64,000 nt of DNA from Bacillota bacterium (GCA_036504675.1 DASXUT010000035.1:7277-71276); one strand, 5' to 3'; counted from the first letter of the stretch, positions 8,805 through 18,336 are shown. Notes: a model not told the origin generated them from the letters alone. Made by a program: numbers and translations.

Positions 8805-9950
8805 ATGCCGCTCAACAGGGGGGTCATCACGCCGCCGCCCGCGCTGGTGGCGGACCTGCGTAGGGGGGCCCCGGGGCAGATCATCAACTTGCACGGGCTC
8901 GACACCAGCGCTGCCCGCCGCCTGAACCTCGAGGTCATCGAGAGCGGCGGACCCCTGCTCTACTCCAACGATCCGGAGACGTACACCAGCCCCAACCGGG
9001 TCCTAGCCCGGGAACCGGCCTTGCCGGCTGGACCCTCACGGGTGTTCTTCCACCATCAGAACGGGACTGGGCGGGACCAGAAGTTGGCCGTGGTGGTCAG
9101 GGGCGGGCCGGGCGGATCGTGGCTGGCCATCCGCCGGCGCGGGCTGGCCGGTCCATGGTCCGACCCCCTCCCCGCCGGGCGGAGGGCCCTCTACCGCTGG
9201 CTCAGTGACGGGCAAACGTACCCGGCGCAGCGCCTGGCCGAAGGTGAAACGGCTATCCTCGACCCGGCTCTGGCGGCCACAGGAATCGCCCACGGACTCA
9301 CCGTCAGCGGGATCATAGATTTGGACGTCTTTCCCGGCGGTCCTCCGGAAATGGCCGTAGTTGCCTGCGACCCGGAGGTCCTGGTCGAGAAAGCCTATCC
9401 CTCGCTGGCCCCCCACCCGAGGACCGGGCCGCCCTTCACCCGTGGAACCTCGTCGACCTGTGACCGGCAATTGAACACGTCGGCCGGCGGTGAGTTTGAC
9501 CCCTATTACGATACGTCTTGGGGGGTGGCCTTCCTCCGCTGCGGCGACGGCCTGATCGACCCGAACTTGATGGTCTCGGACCACCTGACCCCGGTCGGGG
9601 GGCCTGAGCCGCTGCCCGGAAACTACGGCCTGCTCTACCGGATCCACCTGTGGGTCACCGCCAGCGACCGGCGGGACCTGGCGGTCTTGGTCAACCCCCG
9701 CGGCATGGATTTCGGCGGGGCGATCAAACTCCCGGCCGGGATCGATGCCGGTGGCGAAGTCTACCTGCCCTGGTCCCCCGACTCCCTGGCCGATCCCGGA
9801 CTGGCCGTGATAGCCGGACGCTTTGTCCCGGGGGAAGGCATCGGGCTGTGGATGCAGTTCATGATCCCCGGGGGGGCGAATGCCCCGGTCAATCTGGCCC
9901 TGGTCCCCTATCACGGTGATCCGCCGTCGGGCCGACCCACGGCTCCTTGA
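8805..9950 (+). CDS. hypothetical protein
   Basis: Track ORF 8538..9950. The first 89 aa are His/Arg-rich junk in the divergent promoter region, so the internal ATG at 8805 (GGAGGGGG RBS about 12 nt upstream) is preferred. 381 aa with no recognized family. Confidence 0.4.
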   Translation: MPLNRGVITPPPALVADLRRGAPGQIINLHGLDTSAARRLNLEVIESGGPLLYSNDPETYTSPNRVLAREPALPAGPSRVFFHHQNGTGRDQKLAVVVRGGPGGSWLAIRRRGLAGPWSDPLPAGRRALYRWLSDGQTYPAQRLAEGETAILDPALAATGIAHGLTVSGIIDLDVFPGGPPEMAVVACDPEVLVEKAYPSLAPHPRTGPPFTRGTSSTCDRQLNTSAGGEFDPYYDTSWGVAFLRCGDGLIDPNLMVSDHLTPVGGPEPLPGNYGLLYRIHLWVTASDRRDLAVLVNPRGMDFGGAIKLPAGIDAGGEVYLPWSPDSLADPGLAVIAGRFVPGEGIGLWMQFMIPGGANAPVNLALVPYHGDPPSGRPTAP

Positions 9951-10560
9951 CCAGGGCCTCGGGTCTCGGCCCGCCGTCCGCCAGAAAGCGCCCGAGCTCA
10001 CCAGCGGCTTCAAGGGCGGCCTTGTGCCCGCTAACCTCGCCCCTCTGGTCAATTCCAGGGAAGAATAACCCACCCAGGTAGGTGACGTCATTGGTCCGAA
10101 AGAAGGCCCGGACTTCGGCCCCGAGGCCCCGGAAGATCTCCGGATTCTTCAACCCCGATACGGCGATGATCGCTCCGAGACGTCCCCTCGGCCGCTCCTC
10201 GGGGTTTTTCTTCAGCTTGTACTTACCCACCCAATTCGCCTGGTTGCGGTCGAACATCGCCTTGGTCTGAGAGGTGCTTCCGGCGAAGAAGACAGGCGAG
10301 GCAATGATGATCCGGTCGGCCTCCCTGATCTTCGGGTAGAGCTCCTGCATGTCGTCCTGGACCACGCAGGACCCGGTTTGATCGCAGCCGCCGCACTCGC
10401 GGCAGCCCTCGTACTCGAGGCGGCTGAGGACGACCTTGTCGGTCTCGGCCCCGGCCGCCTGGGCCGCCGAGACGGCCTCGTCGAGGAGGATCTCGGTGTT
10501 CCCGCCGCGGCGCGGGCTGCCGAGGAAGGCCAGGATCTTGAGGGACGGTTGGTCACTCAT
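9889..10560 (-). CDS. NADPH-dependent FMN reductase / flavodoxin-like iron-sulfur flavoprotein
   Basis: KILAFLGSPRRGGNTE flavodoxin-like fold start, CxxC..C cluster (CRECGGCDQTGSC), and ASPVFF motif. Confidence 0.7.
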   Translation of the reverse strand: MSDQPSLKILAFLGSPRRGGNTEILLDEAVSAAQAAGAETDKVVLSRLEYEGCRECGGCDQTGSCVVQDDMQELYPKIREADRIIIASPVFFAGSTSQTKAMFDRNQANWVGKYKLKKNPEERPRGRLGAIIAVSGLKNPEIFRGLGAEVRAFFRTNDVTYLGGLFFPGIDQRGEVSGHKAALEAAGELGRFLADGGPRPEALVKEPWVGPTADHRDRGPGPD

Positions 10561-11333
10561 GCTCCGCCCGCCTTCTCCGCCACGAAGTAGATGCGGGCGG
10601 TCTCGCTGTCCGGCGGGTCGAAGCCGTAGGCACTGTAGGCGGCGAGGATGGAGAACCCGGCCGCCCTGAGAGCCGCCTCAATCTCTTCGACGGTGTAGGC
10701 CCGCTCGCGGTGAACCTCCTTGAACTGGCGGTAGAGGTCGCCGTCGGAGCGCAGGAAGCCGGTCAGCCGGATCTCCCAGATCCGGTTGAGGGCGTGATAG
10801 AGGTTCTCCCAGACCAATGAGAAACCATTGTCCTCGACGAACATGGTCGTGTCGGGGATGTGGGAAAGGCGGTAGGCCGAGTTGACGTCGAAGATGAACA
10901 GCCCCTTGGGGTTAAGGGCAGCGTGGACCCTACGGCAGACTTCCTTGAGTTCGCCAAGCTCCAGGACGTAGTTGATGCTGTCGTAAAGGCAGGTGACCAG
11001 GTCCACCGGTTCTAGGAGGGAGAACTGGCGCATGTCGCCCTCCTCGAAGACGATAGGCAGCCCTTCGCGCTCGGCCTTCTCCCGGGCCTTGGCCAGCATC
11101 TCCGGGGAGCGGTCGAGGCCCATGATTTGGTACCCCCGCCGCGCGAATGGAAGGGTGCTGTTGCCCGTGCCGCAGGCCAGATCCAGGATGGACCCGGGAC
11201 GATGGTCGAAACGCTGGAGAATGGCCTCAATGTAGTCAACCCAGAGGTCATATCCGACGTCCTGCATGACCTGGTCGTAGAGGCGGGCGAAGTGCTTGTA
11301 GGGCTGGGACAGGTCAACCTCCAAGGGGCTCAC
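10557..11333 (-). CDS. class I SAM-dependent methyltransferase
   Basis: Carries motif I LDLACGTGNSTLPFARRGYQIMGLDRS and post-I LVTCLYDSINY. The track start at 11396 overlaps the upstream gene by 83 bp, so GTG at 11333 (20-bp overlap) is preferred. TTG at 11324 is an alternative. Confidence 0.7.
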   Translation of the reverse strand: MSPLEVDLSQPYKHFARLYDQVMQDVGYDLWVDYIEAILQRFDHRPGSILDLACGTGNSTLPFARRGYQIMGLDRSPEMLAKAREKAEREGLPIVFEEGDMRQFSLLEPVDLVTCLYDSINYVLELGELKEVCRRVHAALNPKGLFIFDVNSAYRLSHIPDTTMFVEDNGFSLVWENLYHALNRIWEIRLTGFLRSDGDLYRQFKEVHRERAYTVEEIEAALRAAGFSILAAYSAYGFDPPDSETARIYFVAEKAGGA

Positions 11334-12732
11334 CCCCGGGTCCGGTGGTCGAGGCGAGGCGGTGCTCGTACCGCTCGAGGTGCTGTTCAATCTCAAAGCC
11401 CAGGGCGACGGCCCGGTTGACGGCGTCGTGCCCGGAGTCCCCGATCCAGGCTCTCAGCTCAGGGTGATGGGACCGCTTGGCCGCTTCGTTCAGGAGGACG
11501 CCGAGGACCCCCTCGTAGATGGGTCCGGCCGACTCCTCCGGACAGAGTTCGAGGAGGGCCCGGCCGTCCGGGGAGAAGGCTTGCAGACCGACAGGGGCGT
11601 CTCCCCTGCAGATCAGGCTCAGCGACTGGAAGGCGGCCTGCCACCCTGGGAGACGCTCGTTTCTCAGGACGGCTTCGGCGGAGAAGCTGGGCTCTTTGGC
11701 CCCCCGGCTGAGCTTACGAGCGAGCGAAGCCAAGTCGGCGGCATCGCTGCCGGGGCGGTAGGCCCGCAGGTGATAACCCTGAGGGAGTGGGACGGACGGT
11801 ATCCGCTCCAGGGGATGAACCACTTGCCAGTATGCCCCGGCGAGTGAGAAGCCGTTCTTGGAGATGAAGGGGCCCAGAGTCGTGGACTCCGCCGGGATGG
11901 TCATCTCGGCCACCGCTGCGCCCCGCTCGGAGGCCTTGGACAACAGGGCCTGGAGGAGCTTACTGCCGATGCCCTGCCCGCGGTACCCGGGGCGGACGTA
12001 CGGGCCGGCGATGGTCAAGCGCCCCGGCAGCTGGGGTATCCCGTTGGAGTCGAGCTCGCCATAGCCGAGGACCAGCCCTGACCACTCAGCGATGAGGCCG
12101 TCTTCCAGGTCCTCGGGATGGGTCCACCCGGCGATGAAGGCTGTCAACTGCTCGCGGTCGTCCGCACCGAGCCGTCGGAAGGCGACATCTTCTAGTGACA
12201 GGTAAAGCAGGATAGGCAACTCCTCATCCGAGTCCCGGAGGCGGACCACGAGTTCAATGGATTCAATGTCTTCCTGTCCGGCCCGCCGCCCGCGTCTGAC
12301 GAGTTCCTCGGCCACGAGCCGGCTGATCGGGCGCCAATAGTCTTTTCCGGCCAAAGGCTCAATCTCGTCGCCGCCTTCAAAAGTCATGGCCAAGTCGGCA
12401 TGGACCACTGTCGGCGGGACGCCGCGCTGTCGGGCGACCTCACCCAGACGGCCAAGAAGCCCCTGGATGTCCTTGAGCGTATGCCCGCGCTCCTTGAGGA
12501 GCGAGATGAGAAAGAGGGTCTGGAGGACGTCCTGGGGGTAGAAGCCGCTGCGCCCGCCCGCGGCCAGATTCCGAACCACCGCGTGGGGCAGCAGTCCTTG
12601 CGAGGCATAGAGCCGCAGGGTTCGGTGGTTGATGTCGATCCCCTGCTGTCTGGCGATCTTGATGAAGTCCTCAGTGGGGATCAGGCTCTGGGCCGGGTCG
12701 AAACCACTCACTGGACCAACCTCCTGAACCAT
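11314..12732 (-). CDS. HTH (MerR/excisionase-like) domain fused to GNAT N-acetyltransferase
   Basis: The N-terminus LIPTEDFIKIARQQGIDINHRTLRLYASQGLL is HTH-like. The central GNAT core is GPYVRPGYRGQGIGSKLLQALLSKASERGAAVAEMTI. 472 aa. Confidence 0.65.
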   Translation of the reverse strand: MVQEVGPVSGFDPAQSLIPTEDFIKIARQQGIDINHRTLRLYASQGLLPHAVVRNLAAGGRSGFYPQDVLQTLFLISLLKERGHTLKDIQGLLGRLGEVARQRGVPPTVVHADLAMTFEGGDEIEPLAGKDYWRPISRLVAEELVRRGRRAGQEDIESIELVVRLRDSDEELPILLYLSLEDVAFRRLGADDREQLTAFIAGWTHPEDLEDGLIAEWSGLVLGYGELDSNGIPQLPGRLTIAGPYVRPGYRGQGIGSKLLQALLSKASERGAAVAEMTIPAESTTLGPFISKNGFSLAGAYWQVVHPLERIPSVPLPQGYHLRAYRPGSDAADLASLARKLSRGAKEPSFSAEAVLRNERLPGWQAAFQSLSLICRGDAPVGLQAFSPDGRALLELCPEESAGPIYEGVLGVLLNEAAKRSHHPELRAWIGDSGHDAVNRAVALGFEIEQHLERYEHRLASTTGPGGEPLGG

Positions 12733-12755
12733 GGGACTGTTGGGTAACGGGTAAC

Positions 12756-12785
12756 CTCATGGTACACCCGACAACTGTCATGTGT
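12756..12785 (-). promoter_or_regulatory. candidate sigma-A promoter with imperfect dyad (MerR-type operator?) upstream of the HTH-GNAT gene
   Basis: On the minus strand TTGACA is followed by an 18-nt spacer (CATGACAGTTGTCGGGTG) and then TACCAT. The spacer contains the dyad GACAGTTGTC within an ACAC...GTGT outer repeat. The direct repeat GTTACCC-GTTACCC lies just before the start codon. Confidence 0.3.
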
Positions 12786-12914
12786 CAAATAGGCATGAGC
12801 ATGGATTCGTGGGGCCAGATTGACCCCGGCACGGGGACACCGATACGGCTGGGGCTCAGGCCGTCCCGGCGAACGCCGATCCGTCCGGCGGACGGCATTA
12901 ATAGGCCAGGGGGC

Positions 12915-12949
12915 AACGAAAAACCCACGGCTCGGATTGGCGCCGCGGG
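12915..12949 (-). terminator. rho-independent terminator downstream of dnaB
   Basis: The minus strand reads CCCGCGGC-GCCAATCCGA-GCCGTGGG followed by TTTTTCGTT. The stem is 8 bp with one G-U pair. Confidence 0.45.
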
Positions 12950-12967
12950 CATGGCCGACTGATATCG

Positions 12968-12993
12968 GGCTCCGGAGGGCTCCGGAGGGCTCT
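12968..12993 (+). repeat. short tandem direct repeat (GGCTCCGGAG x2.5)
   Basis: The sequence gggctccggagggctccggagggctc contains the palindromic CTCCGGAG core twice. It is intergenic, 3' of dnaB. Confidence 0.5.
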
Positions 12994-13023
12994 GCTGGAG
13001 AGCCCGAGGCCCTGCGGGGTCCG

Positions 13024-14364
13024 CTAGGCCGGCTTGCGGAAGTGCTCCGGATCGGCAAAGCGGCCGTATTCCTTGAGGAAGACGAGCTCGACCGTGCCGG
13101 TCGGACCGTTCCGCTGTTTGGCGACGATGATCTCGGCGAGGTTCTTCTTCTCGGTATCCGGCTTGTAGTACTCCTCACGGAAGATGAAGGCGACCAGGTC
13201 GGCGTCCTGTTCAATGGCGCCTGACTCACGGAGGTCAGAGAGGAGCGGACGCTTGTCGTCGCGCTGCTCGACAGCCCGGCTAAGCTGCGACCCTATGACC
13301 ACGGGGACTTTTAGCTCACGGGCCAATGCCTTCAGGGAACGGGATATCTCCGATATTTCTTGCTGGCGGTTCTCGACTCGCCCGCGCGTCCGCATGAGCT
13401 GGATGTAGTCAACGACGATCAACCCCAAGTTGTGCTCGGCCTTGATCCGGCGGGACTTGGCCCTTAGTTCCATGATCGAGACCGAGGGGCTGTCATCGAT
13501 GAAGATGGGAGCGTCCGACAGCCGGCCGAGGGCGTGCGAAAGGCGAGGCCAGTCGGCGTCGGTCAGGTGGCCGGTCCTGAGCCGCTGGCCGTCGACGCCG
13601 GCCTCGGAGCACAGAAGCCTCTGAGCCAACTGCTCTTTGGACATCTCGAGGCTGAAGATGGCCACCGGCTGTGTCTTTTGGATGGCCGCATTCCTGGCTA
13701 TGTTCAGAAGGAGGGTGGTCTTGCCCATCGACGGGCGGGCAGCGATGACGATGAGGTCGGATGGTTGGAGGCCGGAGGTTATCGCGTCGATGCCCTTGAA
13801 GCCGGTGGGGACCCCGGTGATCCCTTCCTTGTTGCTGTAGAGGAACTCGATCCGTTCGAAGGCGTCCAACAAGACACTCTTGATTGGCGAGTACCCTTCG
13901 CTGGCTCGTCGCTGGGCGATCTCGAAGATGCGCCGCTCGGAATCGTCGATGAGCTCGGTGACATCCTCGGCCCCCTGGTAGCCTCGACCGACGATGTCCG
14001 TTCCCACCGTTATGAGCTGCCGCAGAAGGGCCTTCTCCTCAACGATTTTGGCATAGTACTCAGCGTTGGCCGCCGTCGGCACGGCGTTGGCCAGAGCGGT
14101 CAGATAGGCTACCCCGCCGACGGCCTCTAGTTGGCTGCGGCGCTTCAGTTCTTCGGTCACGGTGACCAGGTCGACCGCCTCGCCGCGCTCGTGGACGTCG
14201 AGGATGGCCTGAAAGATTTCCTTGTTGGCCTCTCGGTAGAAGTCTTCCCGCTGTAGGACGTCGGAGGCCTTGATGATGGCCTCCCGCTCAATCAGCATCG
14301 AGCCCAGGACGGCCTGCTCGGCCTCGAGGTTCTGCGGCGGGATGCGGTCCAAAGACAGACTCAA
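13024..14364 (-). CDS. dnaB: replicative DNA helicase DnaB (DnaC in Bacillus nomenclature)
   Basis: Has the N-terminal domain (PQNLEAEQAVLGSML), Walker A GKTTLLLNIARNAA, and the RecA-like C-terminus. Track start 14481 adds an R/S/P-rich junk N-terminus overlapping lon by 95 bp. TTG at 14364 (LSLSLDRIPPQN...) with a GGGGGGA RBS 6 nt upstream is preferred. Confidence 0.9.
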   Translation of the reverse strand: MSLSLDRIPPQNLEAEQAVLGSMLIEREAIIKASDVLQREDFYREANKEIFQAILDVHERGEAVDLVTVTEELKRRSQLEAVGGVAYLTALANAVPTAANAEYYAKIVEEKALLRQLITVGTDIVGRGYQGAEDVTELIDDSERRIFEIAQRRASEGYSPIKSVLLDAFERIEFLYSNKEGITGVPTGFKGIDAITSGLQPSDLIVIAARPSMGKTTLLLNIARNAAIQKTQPVAIFSLEMSKEQLAQRLLCSEAGVDGQRLRTGHLTDADWPRLSHALGRLSDAPIFIDDSPSVSIMELRAKSRRIKAEHNLGLIVVDYIQLMRTRGRVENRQQEISEISRSLKALARELKVPVVIGSQLSRAVEQRDDKRPLLSDLRESGAIEQDADLVAFIFREEYYKPDTEKKNLAEIIVAKQRNGPTGTVELVFLKEYGRFADPEHFRKPA

Positions 14365-14386
14365 GACCAATCCCCCCTGGCGGCAC

Positions 14387-16501
14387 TCAATTGGTGGTGG
14401 TGTCGAGTGGGACCGGCGCGGACGCGTAGCTGAGGGCCTCTTCGACCGTGTCGACGGCGACGACCTCGATTCCTCGGACATCGGCCGGGACGTCCTTGAG
14501 GTTCTCCCGCGGGAGGATGATCCGTTTCATGCCCGCTTGCTTGGCCCCGTAGATCTTCTCGAAGATCCCGCCGACCGCGCGGGTGCGTCCCTGGATCGAG
14601 ATCTCGCCGGTGACCGCAACGTCCTGCCGGATCGGGATCCGCTCGAGAGTGCTGTAAATAGCCAGGAAGACGGCCAGCCCGGCCGACGGCCCGTCGATGT
14701 TCCCCCCGCCGATGACGTTGACGTGGAGGTCGTAGGCCGAGATCTCCTTGCCGGTAAGGCGGCGAATGACCGAGGCGGCGTTGAAGACAGAGTCCTTGGC
14801 CATCGAGCCGGCGGTCTCGTTGAACCTGAAGGTGCCCTTGCCGGGCTCGCGGACCGGGAAGGCCAGAGCTTCCACTTCGATCACCGAACCCATGAACCCG
14901 TATACGCCGAGTCCGAAGGTCTTCCCGACCTCCGCCCGGTCGCTGGCCTTCTGGGGGGCGTTGGGAAGCATCCGGCCGACCTGGATGACCTGGAAGATGT
15001 GTTCCCGGGTCAGGCGGAGGCGCGGCTCGGGCTTCCGTCTGCCGGCGGTCGCCTCGGCCGCGGCCGAGGGGCCCGACGGGTGAGGGACCTTGGCCTCGTC
15101 GGCCTGCACCGGGTCGCTGGCCACGCCCCCGGCTGAGACCGGAGCCGTCACGGCCACCTCGTCTTCCCTCTCCTTCTGGGCTCTCTGGTAAAGGGCCAGA
15201 CCGTAGGCGTCGGCCAGGATGCCGATGGCCTTCCGCCCCTCGATGGTGTACTCGCTGATGATCTCCTGGACCTTCTTGTCCACACCAACCCGGAGCTTCC
15301 GCCCGGCGTTGGCGACAATCTGCCGGATCTCCCCCGGCCCGAGCGGGTCGAAGAAGACTTCGGCGCAACGCGAGCGGATGGCCGGGTTGATCTCGGCGGG
15401 CTCCCTGGTGGTCGCCCCGATGAGGACGAAGTCCGCCGGAGCCCCTTCATCGAAGAGCTTCTTGACGTATTTAGGAACGTTCGGGTCATCCGGGTCGTAG
15501 TAGGACGAATCGAACCTGACGCGCTTGTCTTCGAGCACCTTGAGCAGCTTGGCCAGGAACATCGGCTCCAGTTCGCCGATCTCGTCGATGAAGAGGATCC
15601 CACCGTGGGCCTCGGTGACCAGCCCGAGCTTGGGCTCGGGGACGCCGCCGTCGGCCAGGTCGCGCCGGGCCCCCTGATAGATCGGGTCGTGAACGGAGCC
15701 GAGGAGGGGATTGGTGACCTCCCGGGGGTCCCACCGGAGGGTGGTCCCGTCGACCTCGACGAAGGGGGCATCGTTGGCGAAGGGGGAGTGCTTGAGGCGC
15801 TTGACTTCCTCGAGGCATAGGCGGGCGACGGTCGTCTTGCCGACGCCGGGAGGCCCGTAGAGGATGACGTGTTGGGGATAGGGTGAGGAGATCTTGGCCA
15901 GGAGAGCCTTGATCGCCCGCTCCTGACCGACCACCTCGGCCAGCGCGGCCGGTTTAAGGATATCCAGGGCCGACTTGGTCAGCTGCTTGTGTTCGAGCTT
16001 CTCCAAGACGGCGAATTTCTTCAGGGTCTGGGCGTTCTCCGGACCGGTGTCCTCTTTGATGATCTGCAGCTTGATCTCGCGGACGTAGTCTTCATGCCGC
16101 TGCTGCATGCGCTCGGCGATCTTCCGCTCGACTTTGTCCTCGACCGACTTGCGGGCAATGATGTCGGCGATCTCGTTCTCGATGCCATCGATTACCGATG
16201 GAAAGTCGGAGGGGCTCGCGGGCCCCTCGATGGTCGGGTCCTCAAAGACCACCTTCTGAAGGGCGAGGACCTGTTGAGCCAGGTCTTTGGAGCGCATGCC
16301 GTCAAGGGCCTCGAGCTTGCCGGCCCGAAGGATGAGCTTGTCAGACCCGTAGATGTCGGAGAGCAAGTTGAACAAGGCAGCCACCTGCCGCCGAGTCAAT
16401 TCCTCGTCGGTGAGTTTGGCTCTGAGCTCTCCCCGGGGATTGGCCCGGACCAGCCGATCAAGAAACGGTTTCAACCAATAACCTCCCTGGCGCTGTGTCA
16501 A
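14387..16501 (-). CDS. Lon-family ATP-dependent protease lacking the N-terminal LON domain (LonC/LonB-like)
   Basis: AAA+ Walker A GPPGVGKTT and Walker B ILFIDEIGEL, plus the S16 peptidase domain with catalytic GPSAGLA. A roughly 45-aa Ala/Pro-rich low-complexity insertion ([45 protein letters not shown]) sits between the modules. The position between rplI and dnaB is typical of Clostridia. Confidence 0.85.
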   Translation of the reverse strand: MTQRQGGYWLKPFLDRLVRANPRGELRAKLTDEELTRRQVAALFNLLSDIYGSDKLILRAGKLEALDGMRSKDLAQQVLALQKVVFEDPTIEGPASPSDFPSVIDGIENEIADIIARKSVEDKVERKIAERMQQRHEDYVREIKLQIIKEDTGPENAQTLKKFAVLEKLEHKQLTKSALDILKPAALAEVVGQERAIKALLAKISSPYPQHVILYGPPGVGKTTVARLCLEEVKRLKHSPFANDAPFVEVDGTTLRWDPREVTNPLLGSVHDPIYQGARRDLADGGVPEPKLGLVTEAHGGILFIDEIGELEPMFLAKLLKVLEDKRVRFDSSYYDPDDPNVPKYVKKLFDEGAPADFVLIGATTREPAEINPAIRSRCAEVFFDPLGPGEIRQIVANAGRKLRVGVDKKVQEIISEYTIEGRKAIGILADAYGLALYQRAQKEREDEVAVTAPVSAGGVASDPVQADEAKVPHPSGPSAAAEATAGRRKPEPRLRLTREHIFQVIQVGRMLPNAPQKASDRAEVGKTFGLGVYGFMGSVIEVEALAFPVREPGKGTFRFNETAGSMAKDSVFNAASVIRRLTGKEISAYDLHVNVIGGGNIDGPSAGLAVFLAIYSTLERIPIRQDVAVTGEISIQGRTRAVGGIFEKIYGAKQAGMKRIILPRENLKDVPADVRGIEVVAVDTVEEALSYASAPVPLDTTTN

Positions 16502-16521
16502 TGCGGACCGGCCGCGTGGCC

Positions 16522-16980
16522 CTAGACGGCCTTGCCCGCTGCTTCGACGACCAGCTTGATGGTCACCCCGACTTTCGGGTGGAGGCGCAGCTGGACGTCA
16601 TGGGCTCCAAGGGTCTTGATGGCTTCGGCGAGGACCACCCGGCGGCGGTCGATGTTGAGTCGGGTCTCCTTGGCGATCCCGTCGACGATGTCCTGACTCG
16701 TGACGGAACCGAAAAGGCGCCCGCCTTCCCCGGCCTTGGCCTTGAGGACCAAGGTCAACCCCTTGAGCTTGGCCGCCGCTTCCTCGGCCGCCTCCATCTC
16801 GTGCTCGGCCCGGTTCTCGAGCCTCTTCTTCTCGTTTTCGAAGTGGCGGACAGTCCCGCCGGCGGCCTCCGAGGCCAGCCCCCTGGGAAAAAGGTAGTTC
16901 CTGGCGTACCCCTCGGCGACATCGACCGTCTCGCCCTTGTGGCCGAGCGCCTTGATCTCCTTGAGCAGGACGACGATCAT
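16522..16980 (-). CDS. rplI: 50S ribosomal protein L9
   Basis: N-terminal motif VLLKEIKALGHKGETVDVAEGYARNYLFPRGLA. 152 aa. Confidence 0.9.
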   Translation of the reverse strand: MIVVLLKEIKALGHKGETVDVAEGYARNYLFPRGLASEAAGGTVRHFENEKKRLENRAEHEMEAAEEAAAKLKGLTLVLKAKAGEGGRLFGSVTSQDIVDGIAKETRLNIDRRRVVLAEAIKTLGAHDVQLRLHPKVGVTIKLVVEAAGKAV

Positions 16981-17017
16981 TGCTGGTTCACCCCCAACGT
17001 GGCTTATCGACAGCCGG

Positions 17018-17983
17018 CTACCTTTCGGGCCGGAGTCTCAGTCGACGGTAATCAAAGAGGAAATCGAAGATGCCGAACCACATGGCGAGGTTCATGGCCG
17101 CAGGAGCGATGAAGAGAAGGACGATGATCGTCACCCGCAGCCCTTTGGTCACTCCGAGCTTGGTCAGATAGAAGTAGGCGACCGAGAGGCCTTCGATGAC
17201 GAAAATGATCGAGCACAGGTAGAAGAGATTGGTCGCCGCCGAAACGTAGGGCGCCAGGGCGGGGAAACGGCCGGAGGCTCGGCTGACCACCAGGGCCGGC
17301 GCCCAGACCAGCAGAATCGGCAGGAGGGGTAGTTGCCAGCGGGCGAAAGCCGGGAAGGGTTTCACGGACAGGCCGAACCGCGGCAACAGGGATTCGGCCA
17401 GTGCGTACTGCAACAGGGCATAGAAGAAGGCCGACCCCACCAGCAGAGCGGCCGCGTAGCGGGTGATGACCGTCCTGGTCCAGGCGATTTGGTTCTGGAC
17501 CAGGGTCAGTTGGTCCGGCGGCAGGTTGGCCCCGTATGACTTGAGGACTTGGTTGTAAGAGGCCTCCATGACCGACCAGAGGTCGGTGGCCGGATTGCGG
17601 CCGGTGGTCAGGTAGAGCAGGCCGAAGATGAGGAGAAGGCCGGTGGCGAGACCGATCCCTCCCAGAAGGTAGGCGCGCAAAGGCTCCAGGCGTCGTCGGA
17701 AGGCATAGCCGTAGGCCAGGGCGACGAAGCCCATGGCCCCGACGATGGACACGGCCTGCAGGGGGCCGATGATCAGGGTGGTCAGGGCGGCGGTGACAAT
17801 GAGGGCCATGACGGTGACCCTCAATCCGTGCCGCATCTGAAGGATGATCAGCGGAAGGGGCCAAAAGAAGAGGGAGATCGCCCCGACCGCCGGAATAATC
17901 GCTCCGGCTACCCCGATCACCACCGCCACGCCGGCCAGGATGGCGGCCTCAACGAGTGGTTTGGTTTGGCTTGTGGCTGGCAC
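17018..17983 (-). CDS. YybS-like DUF2232-family polytopic membrane protein
   Basis: 321 aa with about 8 TM segments, immediately upstream of rplI as yybS is in Bacillus. The gdpP gene normally found between them is absent. Confidence 0.7.
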   Translation of the reverse strand: MPATSQTKPLVEAAILAGVAVVIGVAGAIIPAVGAISLFFWPLPLIILQMRHGLRVTVMALIVTAALTTLIIGPLQAVSIVGAMGFVALAYGYAFRRRLEPLRAYLLGGIGLATGLLLIFGLLYLTTGRNPATDLWSVMEASYNQVLKSYGANLPPDQLTLVQNQIAWTRTVITRYAAALLVGSAFFYALLQYALAESLLPRFGLSVKPFPAFARWQLPLLPILLVWAPALVVSRASGRFPALAPYVSAATNLFYLCSIIFVIEGLSVAYFYLTKLGVTKGLRVTIIVLLFIAPAAMNLAMWFGIFDFLFDYRRLRLRPER

Positions 17984-18257
17984 CGAGTCCCTAATACCTC
18001 CAGTTGAACCGGTCTAACGACAGGATTACCATTTCTTGCTCTTTAAAGCGGGTCATGGGCCGGCCACAGGGTTAAAAAATGGGCCTCGGTAAGGCCTTTT
18101 TGACCGGGGACCTGCCGCGTCTGAAAAGAATTCGCCGCCGTCATCGGTTCTCCTTTTGGTCATCTGGTGGGCGAGCGGCGCTCTTCGGGTCGAGTCGGCG
18201 GTCGCCTGAGGGGCCGTTCAACTCGGCGAGATGAGGATTGACGGCCCCTGACTGAAG

Positions 18258-18292
18258 GTGAGAAAGAGCGCCCGGTGGGCGCTCTCTTGGTC
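18258..18292 (-). terminator. candidate terminator downstream of motB
   Basis: The minus strand reads AGAGCGCC-CACC-GGGCGCTCT followed by TTCTCACCTT, an 8-bp GC stem. A second, bidirectional hairpin GGCCT-CGGTA-AGGCC with flanking T/A tracts lies at about 18085-18110. Confidence 0.35.
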
Positions 18293-18336
18293 GAAGCATC
18301 GAGGCCAGAAACGGCTTTGGGTCGGGCTTGGGAAGG

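Noticed and set aside
9036-10091. 351-aa minus ORF antisense to 8805..9950
   Set aside because: The translation is Gly/Arg/Pro/Asp low-complexity and lacks a domain. It was judged an antisense shadow.
14361-15368. 335-aa Arg/Gly-rich ORF inside lon (and 14270..15136 plus ORF)
   Set aside because: These are off-frame or antisense shadows of the Lon-like protease gene.
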